DNA from: Sphingomonadales bacterium
Lineage (GTDB): Bacteria > Pseudomonadota > Alphaproteobacteria > CAZZKF01
Direction: 5' to 3'
DNA length: 64,000 bases
Assembly (NCBI GenBank): GCA_046756385.1
Contig: JBHHWG010000004.1
Span: 5,938-69,937, forward strand
Shown here in pieces: positions 48,583 through 59,281 of this stretch. The translations under genes and the position numbers were made by a program. Numbering within the stretch: the first letter of the stretch is position 1; every line of letters begins with the position of its first letter. The notes below the pieces were generated by a model. The model was not told the origin of the DNA. It was given only the letters and a program-made list of their open reading frames with translations, and ran no database searches.

Positions 48583-50208
48583 CTACCTCTCGGCGTCCGC
48601 TTTCGCCAGTTCCCGAAGTACAAAATGCTGGATTTTGCCGGTCTTGGTGCGCGGCAATTGGTCAATAAACGCAATTGCGCGCGGATATTTATAAGGTGCC
48701 GACGTTTGCTTGGCGAAAGTTTTCAGCTCGCCGACCATGGCTTCGCCGGCAACATAGCCGTCGCGCAACACCACATAAGCCTTGACGACTTGACCCCGGT
48801 CGGGATCGGGCACGCCGACGACGCCGCATTCCGCCACCGCTGGATGCTGCAGCAATGTCTGCTCGACATCCGGCGCGGCGATGTTGTAACCGGCCGAGAT
48901 AATCATGTCGTCGGCACGGGCCTCGTACCAGAAATAGCCATTCTCATCCTTGCGCGCGGCGTCACCGGTGACATTCCAGCCGTCGGCGACATATTTCTTC
49001 TGGCGCTCGTCACCCAGATACAAGCACCCTGTAGGCCCACGCACCGCCAACAGGCCTATCTCGCCGACCGCGGCATCCCCACCCGCTTCATTGATGATCC
49101 GGGCCTCATAGCCGGGAACGGGCTTGCCCAAACAGCCGACCGGGGCGTCGGGCCCATCGACAGACAGAAAAATATGCATCAGTTCAGTCGAACCGATGCC
49201 GTCATAAATCCGCAGGCCGGTTTTTTCCAGCCACGCCTCGGTTGTCGGCTTCGGCAACGCCTCGCCAGCCGAAACGCACATCCGAAGCGATTCCAGGTCC
49301 TGCCCGGAACAGGCAGCCAGCAGGGCGCGATAGGCGGTCGGCGCGGTAAACAGCATGGTGGCTTTGAACCGCCTTATGCTTTCCAGCAAAATCTCGGGCG
49401 ACATTTTATCCAGCAGGACCGTCGCGGCCCGCGCGTGCAGTGGGAAGAACAGAAGCGCGCCAATACCAAACGCAAACGCCAGCGGCGGCGTGCCGATGAA
49501 AACATCCGCCGGCGTCGGTTTGAGCACCTGGCGGGAATATGTTTCACACACCGCAAGCACCGCATGATGGGAATGCAACGCACCCTTGGGCTTGCCCGTG
49601 GTTCCCGATGTGAAGGCGATCAATGCGATATCGTCAGCCGAACCGACCCGGTTTTCGAACGTCTCTGGCTTGTTTGCCGAAAGCGCCTCCAACTGACCGG
49701 AGCCGTTGAAGTAAAGCAGCTTCGTGAGATAGTCGGACGTTGCCGCCGCGGCCTCCATTTCTTCTCCGAGCGCCTCGTCGCACAGAGCAAACTCAGCCTC
49801 TGCGATATCGCCAATGGTTATGAGTTCCTTGGCCCGCAACATCGGCATGGTGGAAACCGCGATCCCGCCAGCCTTGACGACGCCAAACCAACTTGCCGCC
49901 ATCATGGCGTTGTTCGCCCCGCGCAACAATACCCGCCCACCAGGCTTCAGCCCCAGATCGTCGACCAGCACATGGGCGATGCGGTTGGCCTGCGACAACA
50001 GATCAGCGTAAGTCCAGGCCCTTTCAGCGGTGTGAATGGCGATTTTCTGGCCATATCCGTCCTTAACCGCGTCATCGAGCAATACCGCTGCGCAATTGAA
50101 AGGCGCGTCCTCGGTGACCACGTCACGATTTATGAAATCAGGCCACTGATCGACCGGCGGTAAATGCTTGAGAATAAAATCGCCCCGTGGCATTCCTGGC
50201 TCAGCCAT
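48583..50208 (-). CDS. Aryl/acyl-CoA ligase (AMP-binding; benzoate-CoA ligase-like)
   Basis: FTSGTTGKPKG, GSTE, YLGDERQ and the C-terminal LPRTKTGKIQHF motifs. GAGGGAG ribosome-binding site before the ATG at 50208. Confidence 0.8.
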   Translation of the reverse strand: MAEPGMPRGDFILKHLPPVDQWPDFINRDVVTEDAPFNCAAVLLDDAVKDGYGQKIAIHTAERAWTYADLLSQANRIAHVLVDDLGLKPGGRVLLRGANNAMMAASWFGVVKAGGIAVSTMPMLRAKELITIGDIAEAEFALCDEALGEEMEAAAATSDYLTKLLYFNGSGQLEALSANKPETFENRVGSADDIALIAFTSGTTGKPKGALHSHHAVLAVCETYSRQVLKPTPADVFIGTPPLAFAFGIGALLFFPLHARAATVLLDKMSPEILLESIRRFKATMLFTAPTAYRALLAACSGQDLESLRMCVSAGEALPKPTTEAWLEKTGLRIYDGIGSTELMHIFLSVDGPDAPVGCLGKPVPGYEARIINEAGGDAAVGEIGLLAVRGPTGCLYLGDERQKKYVADGWNVTGDAARKDENGYFWYEARADDMIISAGYNIAAPDVEQTLLQHPAVAECGVVGVPDPDRGQVVKAYVVLRDGYVAGEAMVGELKTFAKQTSAPYKYPRAIAFIDQLPRTKTGKIQHFVLRELAKADAER

Positions 50209-50399
50209 CGTTATCACTCCCTCGCGCATGGGCGGTTTGTCCGAAAATTGAAAAATATTTCATGACAGACCAATTTCAGAGATTTCCAGAAGCATAATGC
50301 ATATTTTGCTTGCCGTTGCTAGTTTCCGGTTCAAAGGTGGTCGATTTCAGCTTACGAGTCATATCGCACTTATTTGTTGTATTTTCCGCATTATTATTC

Positions 50400-50475
50400 G
50401 CCATTTGCCGCATTTTCCGCAACATATTGCAATTTTTCGCGATACGCAATATGTTGCACGCGGCGTTTCGGCGTT
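50400..50475. promoter_or_regulatory. Operator-like inverted repeat in the divergent ligase / TonB-receptor intergenic region
   Basis: CGCAACATATTGCAA ... CGCAATATGTTGCAC form an imperfect ~13-bp inverted repeat. Additional ATTTTCCGCA direct repeats lie in a GC-poor segment. Confidence 0.3.
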
Positions 50476-50803
50476 CGAGTACTCAACTCGTAAATAACAT
50501 ATTGTGAATTATGAAGGGGGGGGCGCATCAAAATTTGAATGGCTTCGGGATACACCCGGAGCTTTTGAACGCTCGCTAAATCCGATCCAACAGGCGCTGG
50601 CTTGCCGGATGTACCGAATGATTTCGTTACTGGCGTTCCGGCAAACTTGACATATGTCATGGACGATTTTGTCTTTCTCCTCCTAGCTTACAGCGCCGAA
50701 AGGCTTGGGCAAGCATCTGAAAGATAATGAAATCGCGAAATAAATCCGCGAAACACACAATGCACTGTCAACACTTAGGAGGTTTTCATGAGGAACGAGT
50801 CAA

Positions 50804-53173
50804 ATGAATAGGATTGCTTTGCTTCAATCTTGGCGCAGGCTTAGTGTAAGCTTGTTCGCCCTTTGCGCCTTTACATCACCCGTTCTCGCCGATGAGGCTG
50901 ATGAGGCGGACAGCGCGGCGGCAGCATCTGGTTTTTTTATTGAGGAAATCACGGTTACCTCACGCAAGCGTGAGGAAAACCTCCAGGATACGCCGATTTC
51001 CGTCGCGGCATTTACCGAGAACGATCTTCGCGTGCGGCAGATCGAGGCTTCCGACAAGCTGACGCAAGTCACGCCAAACCTGCAATATTCTTCACAGGCC
51101 CCGTCGTCGGGCAGTAACGCTTCATCACAGATCTTTATTCGCGGTATCGGCCAGACCGAATTTCTGCCCTCCACCGACCCTGGCGTCGGACTGTACATCG
51201 ATGGCGTTTACATGGCGCGCACGGTTGGCGGCACGCTCGATTTCCTCGATCTGGACCGGATCGAAATTCTGCGTGGTCCGCAGGGCACGCTGTTTGGCCG
51301 CAACACCATTGGCGGCGCGATCTCGATTCACTCCAAAAGGCCGGCCAATGAATTCGGTGGCGATGTCGAAGTGACCCTGGGCAAAGACAACCGTCGGGAA
51401 TTCCGCGGCAATGTCGATGTGCCGATCACCGACAATTTCCGGACCAAACTGTCCTTTTCCAAGCGCGATCGCGACGGCTACGTAACCCGCCTCAGCGATG
51501 GTCTGGATCTCGGCGATGACGACACCCTTGGGTTCCGCGTTTCGGCCGTTTGGGAGCCGACCGACAATTTCGACGTTTTCATGGCTTTCGATTATAACAA
51601 AGAAGCCGAGAACGGCGCGCCGCAGGTGTTCAACTCCATCGCGTCCGGCAATCTGTTCGCCCGCGTTTCAAGCGCCCGCGCCGGCTGCCCGGCTCCGGGT
51701 ACCGAGCTTGATGACCCCCGCTGCGCCAACAACCGCTGGCAGGCTGGCCCCTTCGCCACCAACAGCACCTTTCCGCTGATCTCGACGCTCGAAGGGTGGG
51801 GTTTGAACCTGACCCTGAACTGGGATCTCGGCTTTATGAACGTCAAGTCGATCACCGCCTATCGGGACATGGAGTGGCTGGCGTCACGCGATGCGGACAA
51901 CACGCCGTTCGCGATCCTGCATACGCGTAATGACGACACCCAGGAGCAGTTCAGCCAGGAACTCCAGTTTTCCGGCGACGCGCTCGACAGCAAGTTGCAC
52001 TGGCTGGTCGGCCTCTATTATTTCGACGAAACCGCGACCGACGATTATTTCGTCGAGATCACCTTCGGCCAGTTCAATACCGGCGGCGTCGCCAAGGCCG
52101 ACACCAAGGCGGCATTCGCCCAGGCGACCTATGACGTCACCGATGACCTGAGCCTGACCGCCGGGCTGCGCTATACCGACGAGACCAAGGAGTTCCTGCC
52201 GATCCAGTTCGCACTCACGACTTATGTGTTCCCGGTCGGCCCGAGCGAACTCAACGCCGCCGGCGACATGTTCGTCCATCCGGTGACCGGCGAGCTGTTC
52301 CCGCTGATCCCGACCGGCACCGCCGCCATCGTGCCCGCCGGGACCATTTTCTTTGAGCAGGTCAATCACAAGAAGAGCGTCTCTGACGCGACCCCGATGG
52401 CCAGCATCAACTACCGCTGGTCGGACGATGTGATGACCTACTTCACCTATTCGGAAGGCTTCAAAAGCGGGGGCTTCAATGCCCGCAACGTAAAGCCGAA
52501 TCCGGGCGGCCTGCCGGAATTCGAACCGGAAACCGCGAGGACCTATGAACTGGGCGCAAAGACCGACCTGTTCGACGGCAAGCTGCGGCTCAATGGCGCG
52601 GCGTTCCGCACCAGTTACAACAATCTTCAATTCATCGTCCGCGAAGACTTCGCCCCGATCACCTTCAACGCCGGCAAGGCGCGCATCCAGGGGTTTGAAC
52701 TGGAATACACCTGGATTCCGACCCCCGATCTTCAGGTCACCGGCGGCGTCGGCTATATCGATGCCAAATATCAGGAACTCGGCGTCAAGGTCATCACCAA
52801 CGGTGGTGTGGATGAAAGCAACGCCCTGCCACACACACCCGAATGGTCGCTCAATATGGGTGCCGCCTATAACTTTTATCTTGGCGAGCTGGGCACCCTG
52901 ACGCCGCGGCTCGACTGGTCTTATCACTCCAAGATGTTCTTCAACGCCGAAAATACCGAAGCCATCGCACAAGACGGGTACCACCTGTTGAACGCAGCGT
53001 TCATTTACGACTCGCCCGATTCCAACTGGCAGGTCGTGTTTGCGATCGAAAACCTGACGGACAAACTCTACCGGCTGTCGGGCAATTCCTCGCTCAGGGC
53101 CAGCGCGTCCTACGCTGAATCGACTTATGCCCGGCCACGTCAATGGTCGGTAAAGACCAAGTTCACGTTCTAA
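50804..53173 (+). CDS. TonB-dependent outer-membrane receptor (second copy)
   Basis: Signal peptide, plug domain (ITVTSRKREENLQDTPISVAAF) and a barrel ending in a C-terminal Phe (TKFTF). Followed by a hairpin at 53187-53218. Confidence 0.85.
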   Translation: MNRIALLQSWRRLSVSLFALCAFTSPVLADEADEADSAAAASGFFIEEITVTSRKREENLQDTPISVAAFTENDLRVRQIEASDKLTQVTPNLQYSSQAPSSGSNASSQIFIRGIGQTEFLPSTDPGVGLYIDGVYMARTVGGTLDFLDLDRIEILRGPQGTLFGRNTIGGAISIHSKRPANEFGGDVEVTLGKDNRREFRGNVDVPITDNFRTKLSFSKRDRDGYVTRLSDGLDLGDDDTLGFRVSAVWEPTDNFDVFMAFDYNKEAENGAPQVFNSIASGNLFARVSSARAGCPAPGTELDDPRCANNRWQAGPFATNSTFPLISTLEGWGLNLTLNWDLGFMNVKSITAYRDMEWLASRDADNTPFAILHTRNDDTQEQFSQELQFSGDALDSKLHWLVGLYYFDETATDDYFVEITFGQFNTGGVAKADTKAAFAQATYDVTDDLSLTAGLRYTDETKEFLPIQFALTTYVFPVGPSELNAAGDMFVHPVTGELFPLIPTGTAAIVPAGTIFFEQVNHKKSVSDATPMASINYRWSDDVMTYFTYSEGFKSGGFNARNVKPNPGGLPEFEPETARTYELGAKTDLFDGKLRLNGAAFRTSYNNLQFIVREDFAPITFNAGKARIQGFELEYTWIPTPDLQVTGGVGYIDAKYQELGVKVITNGGVDESNALPHTPEWSLNMGAAYNFYLGELGTLTPRLDWSYHSKMFFNAENTEAIAQDGYHLLNAAFIYDSPDSNWQVVFAIENLTDKLYRLSGNSSLRASASYAESTYARPRQWSVKTKFTF

Positions 53174-53277
53174 CGTAAGCCTCAGGGGAGCGGTTCCGGG
53201 AGACGGAACCCTCCCTTAATCCCACGAATTTTGCCCCGCCCTACACGGCTGTAGGGCGACGGGTGGTGTGATCTCGC

Positions 53278-53317
53278 TGGGATATCCGGGGATATGACGG
53301 GATATCATGGGACAAGC
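53278..53317. repeat. Three tandem 10-bp GGGATATNNN repeats (plus a degenerate fourth) near the presumed prophage left end
   Basis: GGGATATCCG GGGATATGAC GGGATATCAT GGGACAAGCG. GTGTGAT motifs also occur at 53266, 53388 and 53415. Confidence 0.5.
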
Positions 53318-53412
53318 GCCCGGTTTTCAACGGTTTGGGGTGTGTCGGGGCGATTGTTGGGTGGTGGCGGAGGGCGGCGTGTGATTTGATCCCGCGGCAC
53401 GCTCTGCGACGG

Positions 53413-53898
53413 TTAGTGTGATCCGGTTTGACGCCTGACGATGGCATCGTAAGTGGCGCCATTCGATATCAATTTCATTTTCAGAAGCGCCATTCTGGCA
53501 TCGGAGAGCAAATGGTTGTCGAGAGCGACTTCCTCTAGCTCGCCCTCTCGGCTTACCTCGCAGCGTATATGTCCTCGCGTCAACGCGCCAAATGCGTTCT
53601 GATAGTCGAAATCTATGTATGCGATCAAAGGATGAGACATCTGTTCTGCTATCTCTTCGTCGGTCTGTTCTGAGTATTTAGCAAACATTTCAGCAGTCCA
53701 TTCTGAGAAGTCGAATTCATCAATCTTCAAGGGCTGAACTGTCGTTGGTGTGGTCACGAGTGCGCGAACTGTCTCAATGCACAGTTCTGTAAATGGGCTG
53801 TGCGTCGGTTCCACAAGTTGTTCGCAGCCAGCGAGCGCCACGGCCGCGAGCGCCATTACGCTGTAGCGTCTTGTTCTTACTGGTGTTTTCTGTGACAT
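53413..53898 (-). CDS. Hypothetical lipoprotein (prophage-end moron?)
   Basis: Lipobox MALAAVALAGC. Markedly lower GC than the flanking sequence. Confidence 0.45.
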   Translation of the reverse strand: MSQKTPVRTRRYSVMALAAVALAGCEQLVEPTHSPFTELCIETVRALVTTPTTVQPLKIDEFDFSEWTAEMFAKYSEQTDEEIAEQMSHPLIAYIDFDYQNAFGALTRGHIRCEVSREGELEEVALDNHLLSDARMALLKMKLISNGATYDAIVRRQTGSH

Positions 53899-53912
53899 AT
53901 CTCTTCTTTCTC

Positions 53913-54581
53913 TTATAGCACCAGGCGCGCGGCCCAGCGGACGCGGCCGATGACCTGAAGCTCGTCCAGACGTTCATTTGGAAAGGTCCATGGCGGATAG
54001 GCCGAGTTGTCTGAGATAATTCGCACGCCATCGTGAGTTCTGCGAATGCGCTTAACATAGGCAACATCGCCCTCGACGAAGGCATAAATGCCGTCTCGCA
54101 ATCCCCGATCGGATTGGTCGATCAGTAGTAGATTGCCGTCGTGGACGGTTGGCTCCATGGAATCTCCCTTGGCCTTCAATATCGCCAATTCCTTGGCGTT
54201 TGAGTGTCCCAGATCGCGAAGAAAGCTCAAAGGGAAAGGTACGCGACCAACCGCATGCGCCCGGTCGTTGAATGAACCATCACCCGCAGACAACTGGATG
54301 TCGTAGATTGGCAGCAAGACGAAGTCGCCGCCTGCGGCCTCTGTCGGCTCGTCGGGCCGCATGGGACCTTCACCGGCCACCAGCCACCCGATTGAGACGC
54401 CCGCCGCCCTCGCCATGGCCAGAAGGCGGTCTCGCGAGGGCTCGGACTCTCCCGCTTTGTATTTATCGATGACGCGCCTCGACAGGTTGGACAAACGTGC
54501 AAGGGCCGATGCCCCTCCCACCAAATCGGTCAGAATAATTATGCGCTCATGGAACGATTGCGCCCGGTAAGTGTTCATCAT
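53913..54581 (-). CDS. Phage repressor, CI/LexA-like (HTH + peptidase S24)
   Basis: C-terminal S24 autopeptidase with the Ser motif KGDSMEP and Lys (VAYVKRIRR). N-terminal DNA-binding region. The start was chosen at MMNTY. Confidence 0.8.
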   Translation of the reverse strand: MMNTYRAQSFHERIIILTDLVGGASALARLSNLSRRVIDKYKAGESEPSRDRLLAMARAAGVSIGWLVAGEGPMRPDEPTEAAGGDFVLLPIYDIQLSAGDGSFNDRAHAVGRVPFPLSFLRDLGHSNAKELAILKAKGDSMEPTVHDGNLLLIDQSDRGLRDGIYAFVEGDVAYVKRIRRTHDGVRIISDNSAYPPWTFPNERLDELQVIGRVRWAARLVL

Positions 54582-54822
54582 CCTAACCCTAACCCACTGC
54601 GCAGTGTTCGGGTTTCCGGCCAGAGTTCGGCGTAACCCCCTGATAGCGCGCATATTTTTCCTGCACCATCGGCCAAGGCAGGCCGCCGGAACGCTGAAGG
54701 AACCCTTACCGCACATTCGTGCTTGAATTTACGGAATAAACGTGCCATGTTTCTTTCCATTGCAGTTTTAAACACCCGACAAAAGCCGACCTGGCGGGGC
54801 CGGCTGTTAAGCGAGGAGACGC

Positions 54823-55125
54823 ATGCGACGCACCAAGAATATGCCGCCGGAGGAGATCCTTTATCTACTGAACCGCAAGGGCGGCTGGACCTACGCCGAG
54901 GTGGACCGGATCTACGGCCTAAAAAGTGGCATTGCCCGCTGGGCGGCACGCTGCCCCCACCTCCAGGGCGAACTGGCCATCGCCGAAGTGCTTGGCATGT
55001 CCCCCCGGCAAATCTGGCCCGGCCGCTTCGACAGTGCGACCGGCAAACGCCTTCGTCCTCAACCTGCCGCGCATTATAGGCCAGCGCCCCGCCTTCGTCT
55101 CCGTAAAAAAAACACGGAGGGTTGA
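54823..55125 (+). CDS. Ner-like DNA-binding protein (Mu Ner/Nlp family)
   Basis: ILYLLNRKGGWTYAEV...LAIAEVLGMSPRQIWPGRF matches the Ner/Nlp family HTH. Divergent from the repressor, as in Mu. Confidence 0.7.
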   Translation: MRRTKNMPPEEILYLLNRKGGWTYAEVDRIYGLKSGIARWAARCPHLQGELAIAEVLGMSPRQIWPGRFDSATGKRLRPQPAAHYRPAPRLRLRKKNTEG

Positions 55126-55324
55126 ACATGCCTGGTTGTAAAGCGAGTATGCGCAACCTCTCAGCGATTGTTGCGATTTTGATCATCCGCTTCGTCTTTT
55201 CCGCCGTGGTCGTCTGGCCCCCCAACCATAGAGAAAAAGCCCCGGCCGCCCCCTTGCTCCCCAACTCGCCGGCGGGCTCGCCACTTGCCCGCCGGCCTCT
55301 TTTTTTGGCGTGGAAGGCTGTGTG

Positions 55325-55786
55325 ATGACGCGGCGCGACACCAAAACCCTCGACCTGTTTACCGACTATCGGCCGCCCGAGCCGGCGGTGCGGTTCGCGC
55401 CCGAGGTGGTGCGCGGCGCGGACATCGAAACCCGCCTGTGCCGGGCCATGCGCGTGGCGCTCAAGGGTTGCAGACTGGCCCGCGAAGAGGTGGCTGAGCG
55501 AATGAGCGCATTTCTCGGTCGCGAGTTCAGCAAGAACATGCTCGATGCCTATGTTTCGGAAGCGCGCGCCGGCCACGTGATCAACATCGTCAAATTCGCC
55601 GCACTGATCCACGCCACCGAAGATTACCGGCTGCTGTCGGTGCTGGTTGAGGAGTTCGGCTTCATCGTCGTCGACTGTCGTTACGAGAAGCTGATTCAGG
55701 CGACAATGGGCAAGGAGCGCCTGGCCAGGGCCCGGCAGGAAATCGCCCGGCTGGAGCGCGAAGCGCATCGGGGGCTGGGGATATGA
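55325..55786 (+). CDS. Hypothetical Mu-like early protein
   Basis: Intact ORF between ner and the transposase gene, overlapping the transposase start. Confidence 0.45.
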   Translation: MTRRDTKTLDLFTDYRPPEPAVRFAPEVVRGADIETRLCRAMRVALKGCRLAREEVAERMSAFLGREFSKNMLDAYVSEARAGHVINIVKFAALIHATEDYRLLSVLVEEFGFIVVDCRYEKLIQATMGKERLARARQEIARLEREAHRGLGI

Positions 55787-57927
55787 GCCGGGAATATTAC
55801 AGCGCCGCCGATCTGGCGCAGATGAAGCTGCCGGGCATGCCTGAAACCGAGGGTGGCTGCATCCGCCGCGCCAAGCGCGAGAACTGGCGGGGCCGACAGC
55901 GCCAGGGTCGTGGCGGCGGACGTGAATACCATATTTCCAGTCTGCCGCCCCAGGCGCGCATCGAGCTGGCGCGCCGGGCGTCGATTTCCGAAGCCCAGGC
56001 CGGCCAGGCGGCGGCGCGGGCGATTTTGGCGGCCCAGCGGCCCGACGTCACGCTTTGCAAGGACCAGCCGCCGGCCAAATACCGGACGCTGGCCGAGGCC
56101 CGCGAGACCGTGCTGTTCGCCTTCAAGCAATTTCATCGGACGTCGGGGTTAAGCCAACGTCACGCTCTCGCAGTATTTGTCGATGACTTCAAGGGCGGCC
56201 GGATCGCGCTCGACGACGGAGCCTGCGACCATGTGACCGCGCTTTCAGCCCCGACCTTGAAGCGCTGGATGCGCGCCTATAGGCAGCGCGGCCTGGCTGG
56301 CCTGGCGCCGGGCTGGGGCGGGCGCAAGGGCGACACCAAGATCGACCGTGACGAAGACCTTAAATCCTTCTGTATCGGCGTGCTGGTCGAACATCCTCAC
56401 GCGTCATCGGTGCAGGTCATGGAGGGTCTTCAGGTCCGCTTCCCCGACAAGGACCTGCCGGACCTGCGCAACCTGCAACGCTGGCTCAAGCGCTGGAAGG
56501 CTGAGAACCGCCGGGGCTTCATCGCGGTCACCAACCCGGATCAATATAAAAACGAGTTTAAACCGGCGTTTGGCAGCTTTTCAGAAAATCTCACACGGCC
56601 CAATCAGGCTTGGGAACTCGACAGCTCGCCCGCCGACGCCATGACCACGGAAGGCAAGCGCCAGGCGCTGGTGGCGGTGGTCGACGTCTTCACCCGCCGC
56701 AGCATGACCGTGGTCGCGCCCACCTCGTCGGCGGCCGCGATCGCACTGTTGTTGCGTCGTGCGATCGAGGTTTGGGGCGTGCCGGAGCGGGTCAAGATCG
56801 ACAACGGTCGCGACTATGTGTCCAGGCACATCACGCGCATCTTTGATCAGCTCGGTATCGAGATTGACGTCTGTCCGCCATTCACACCCGAACACAAGCC
56901 CCACGTGGAGAGGTTCTTCCAGACCTTGCAGCACAAATTCATCGAGCTGCTGCCGGGCTATGTCGGCCATTCGGTGGTCGATCGCAAGGCGATCGAGGGG
57001 CGCCGGGCGTTCGAGCAGCGCCTGGGCGACGAGGCCCCGGCCTTCAATGTCGAGCTGTCGGCCGAGGAGTTGCAGCGGATGATCACAAGCTGGTGCGACG
57101 ATAGCTACCAGCACCGTCCGCACCGCGGACTCAAGGGCAAGAGCCCGTTCCAGGTCGCCGCCGCCCATGCCGGGGCCATCCGCCGGATCACCGACAAGGA
57201 GGCGCTCGAAGTTCTGATGGCCAAGGCGCCCGTTGATGGCGGCATGCGCACGATCACAAAATCCGGCATTCATTTCGATAATACAGTCTATATCCATCCT
57301 GCGCTGGCCGCCCATGTCGGCGAGCAGGTGCAGATCCTGCTCAACGAGGCCGAGGCCAGCGAGATCTATGTTTACGTCCAGGACGGGCCGTTCCTATGTT
57401 TGGCGATTGCGCCCGAATTGCGCGGGATTTCAAGGCGCCAGATGGCGGCTGCCGCCAAAAAGATCGAAGCCGAGGCCCAGGCCGAGGAAAGAAAGGCCCT
57501 GCGCAAGGCCCGGCGCAAGGCCGACAGCAAATATATCGCCCAGGAGGCGCTCAAGGACCAGGCCGAGGCCGCCGGCAAACTCGCACGCCTGGAGCCCAGG
57601 GCCGAGGATCACAGCACCCCGGCTCTGGAACAGGCCGGCCATGCCGCCCGCGCCGGCGAATTCAAGCCCGCCGAACAAACGCCGCAGCTAAACGCGGCCA
57701 TGGAGCGGCTGGAAGACAGCATGGCGTCGGCTGAAGTCGCCAAGCTGGAGCCGACGCCACAGGACCGCTGGGCGCGGGCCAAGGGCATCGAGGCGGCGAT
57801 CGACGCCAAAGAGCCCGTGTGTCAGGAGGAGGCAGCCTGGCACACATTTTACACACGCTCTGCCGAATACAAATCGCTCAAGCGTTTTTACTGCGATTTC
57901 AAACCATCAATTGTACAGGGAGAATAA
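55783..57927 (+). CDS. Mu-type DDE transposase (MuA-like)
   Basis: 714 aa. N-terminal HTH / end-binding region. The central integrase-core (rve) region includes the residues DNGRDY. C-terminal Mu-transposase domain. Confidence 0.85.
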   Translation: MSREYYSAADLAQMKLPGMPETEGGCIRRAKRENWRGRQRQGRGGGREYHISSLPPQARIELARRASISEAQAGQAAARAILAAQRPDVTLCKDQPPAKYRTLAEARETVLFAFKQFHRTSGLSQRHALAVFVDDFKGGRIALDDGACDHVTALSAPTLKRWMRAYRQRGLAGLAPGWGGRKGDTKIDRDEDLKSFCIGVLVEHPHASSVQVMEGLQVRFPDKDLPDLRNLQRWLKRWKAENRRGFIAVTNPDQYKNEFKPAFGSFSENLTRPNQAWELDSSPADAMTTEGKRQALVAVVDVFTRRSMTVVAPTSSAAAIALLLRRAIEVWGVPERVKIDNGRDYVSRHITRIFDQLGIEIDVCPPFTPEHKPHVERFFQTLQHKFIELLPGYVGHSVVDRKAIEGRRAFEQRLGDEAPAFNVELSAEELQRMITSWCDDSYQHRPHRGLKGKSPFQVAAAHAGAIRRITDKEALEVLMAKAPVDGGMRTITKSGIHFDNTVYIHPALAAHVGEQVQILLNEAEASEIYVYVQDGPFLCLAIAPELRGISRRQMAAAAKKIEAEAQAEERKALRKARRKADSKYIAQEALKDQAEAAGKLARLEPRAEDHSTPALEQAGHAARAGEFKPAEQTPQLNAAMERLEDSMASAEVAKLEPTPQDRWARAKGIEAAIDAKEPVCQEEAAWHTFYTRSAEYKSLKRFYCDFKPSIVQGE

Positions 57928-57930
57928 CTC

Positions 57931-58653
57931 ATGAAACACGCACCACTCTCCAACATGGCGCTGTGCCTGAACCTGATCGAGGAGCTGCAGAACCTGCCGT
58001 CTTACCTGCCAAGGATGGGCGGATTCTTTGGCAAAAGCGGCATCGGCAAGACTGTGGCCGCCGGTTACGCATCAGGCCAGTCCGACGCAATCTTCATTCG
58101 CGCAACCTCGACCATCAATCAGAAATGGTTTCTTAAGCAACTGCTGATCGAGGTCGGGGTGCCGAAACCCAAAGGCACGCTCGCGGAACTGACCACACTG
58201 CTCAACAACCGGTTGCTGGAGAGCCGCCGACCACTAATCATCGATGAGGCCGACTACATCATCAAAAAGAGCTTTATCGATCTGATCCGCGACCTGCACG
58301 ACGGATCGGAAGTCCCGATCCTGCTTATCGGAGAAGAATATCTGTCCGACCATCTTGAAATGTGGGAGCGGTTCCATAACCGCATGAAGTTCGTGCCCGC
58401 GAGCCTGCCGACAAGCACTGATATCCTCACCTTGCGCGATTTCTATCAGCGCGACGGCGTTCATATCGCCGACGATCTGGCCCTGTTCTTCGCCGACCAG
58501 GTCGACGGCTCGATCCGCCGTCTGGCCATGAACCTGCATGAAGCGACGGAGCGGTCCTTGCGGGAAGGCTGGGATACCGTTGATCGCGGCAAGTGGGGCG
58601 GCGCCCCGGTCATGACCGGCAAGGTCGACCACACCCGAAGGCTGGCGGCCTGA
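57931..58653 (+). CDS. MuB-like AAA+ transposition ATPase
   Basis: Walker A GKSGIGKT and Walker B LIIDEAD. Positioned immediately after the transposase gene. Confidence 0.8.
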   Translation: MKHAPLSNMALCLNLIEELQNLPSYLPRMGGFFGKSGIGKTVAAGYASGQSDAIFIRATSTINQKWFLKQLLIEVGVPKPKGTLAELTTLLNNRLLESRRPLIIDEADYIIKKSFIDLIRDLHDGSEVPILLIGEEYLSDHLEMWERFHNRMKFVPASLPTSTDILTLRDFYQRDGVHIADDLALFFADQVDGSIRRLAMNLHEATERSLREGWDTVDRGKWGGAPVMTGKVDHTRRLAA

Positions 58654-58654
58654 C

Positions 58655-59281
58655 ATGGCGGGGATTTCCAAACATGTAACCGCCACGGTACCGGGACCCC
58701 ACGGCCGTGAGGCGATCTGGGGCGCGGTGCGCGCATTGAGTGAGAATTTCACAGCCGATGATGTCTATTTCAAGATCAACCGGGGTCGCGGCAAGCTGGA
58801 CACGTCAACCGAGACAGTCAAAGACTACCTGACCCGGCTCGTAAAGGCCGGGGTCATCGAGAAGGTCGGTGAGCGCAGCCGTCGCGGTCAATTTCAGAAC
58901 CGCATTTACCGGCTTGTGAACGACCTCGGTCCCGATGCGCCGCGCGTGCGCAAGGATGGCAGTTTCTCCAAGGCGCTCGGCACCACCCGGATGTGGCGCG
59001 CCATGAAAGTGATGGTTCGCTTTACCGCCGCAGATGTCGCTTTCACCGCTCAGGTCAAGGTTGAAACGGCAAAGACATATTGCCGTCATTTGAAGGCGGC
59101 GGGTTATTTGCGAGTGCTAAAGCCCGGCACTCGCAAGGGACTAACAGTCTTCCGCCTTGACGCCGCCCACTATCGCGGCCCGGCGGCGCCCAAAATCACG
59201 CGGCTGAAGGGCGTCTACGACCCCAATATCGACGAGGTCGTCTGGATCGGCCACGCTGTGGCGCGGGAGGACGCGGCATGA
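58655..59281 (+). CDS. Hypothetical Mu-like phage protein
   Basis: Intact coupled ORF (208 aa). Confidence 0.45.
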   Translation: MAGISKHVTATVPGPHGREAIWGAVRALSENFTADDVYFKINRGRGKLDTSTETVKDYLTRLVKAGVIEKVGERSRRGQFQNRIYRLVNDLGPDAPRVRKDGSFSKALGTTRMWRAMKVMVRFTAADVAFTAQVKVETAKTYCRHLKAAGYLRVLKPGTRKGLTVFRLDAAHYRGPAAPKITRLKGVYDPNIDEVVWIGHAVAREDAA

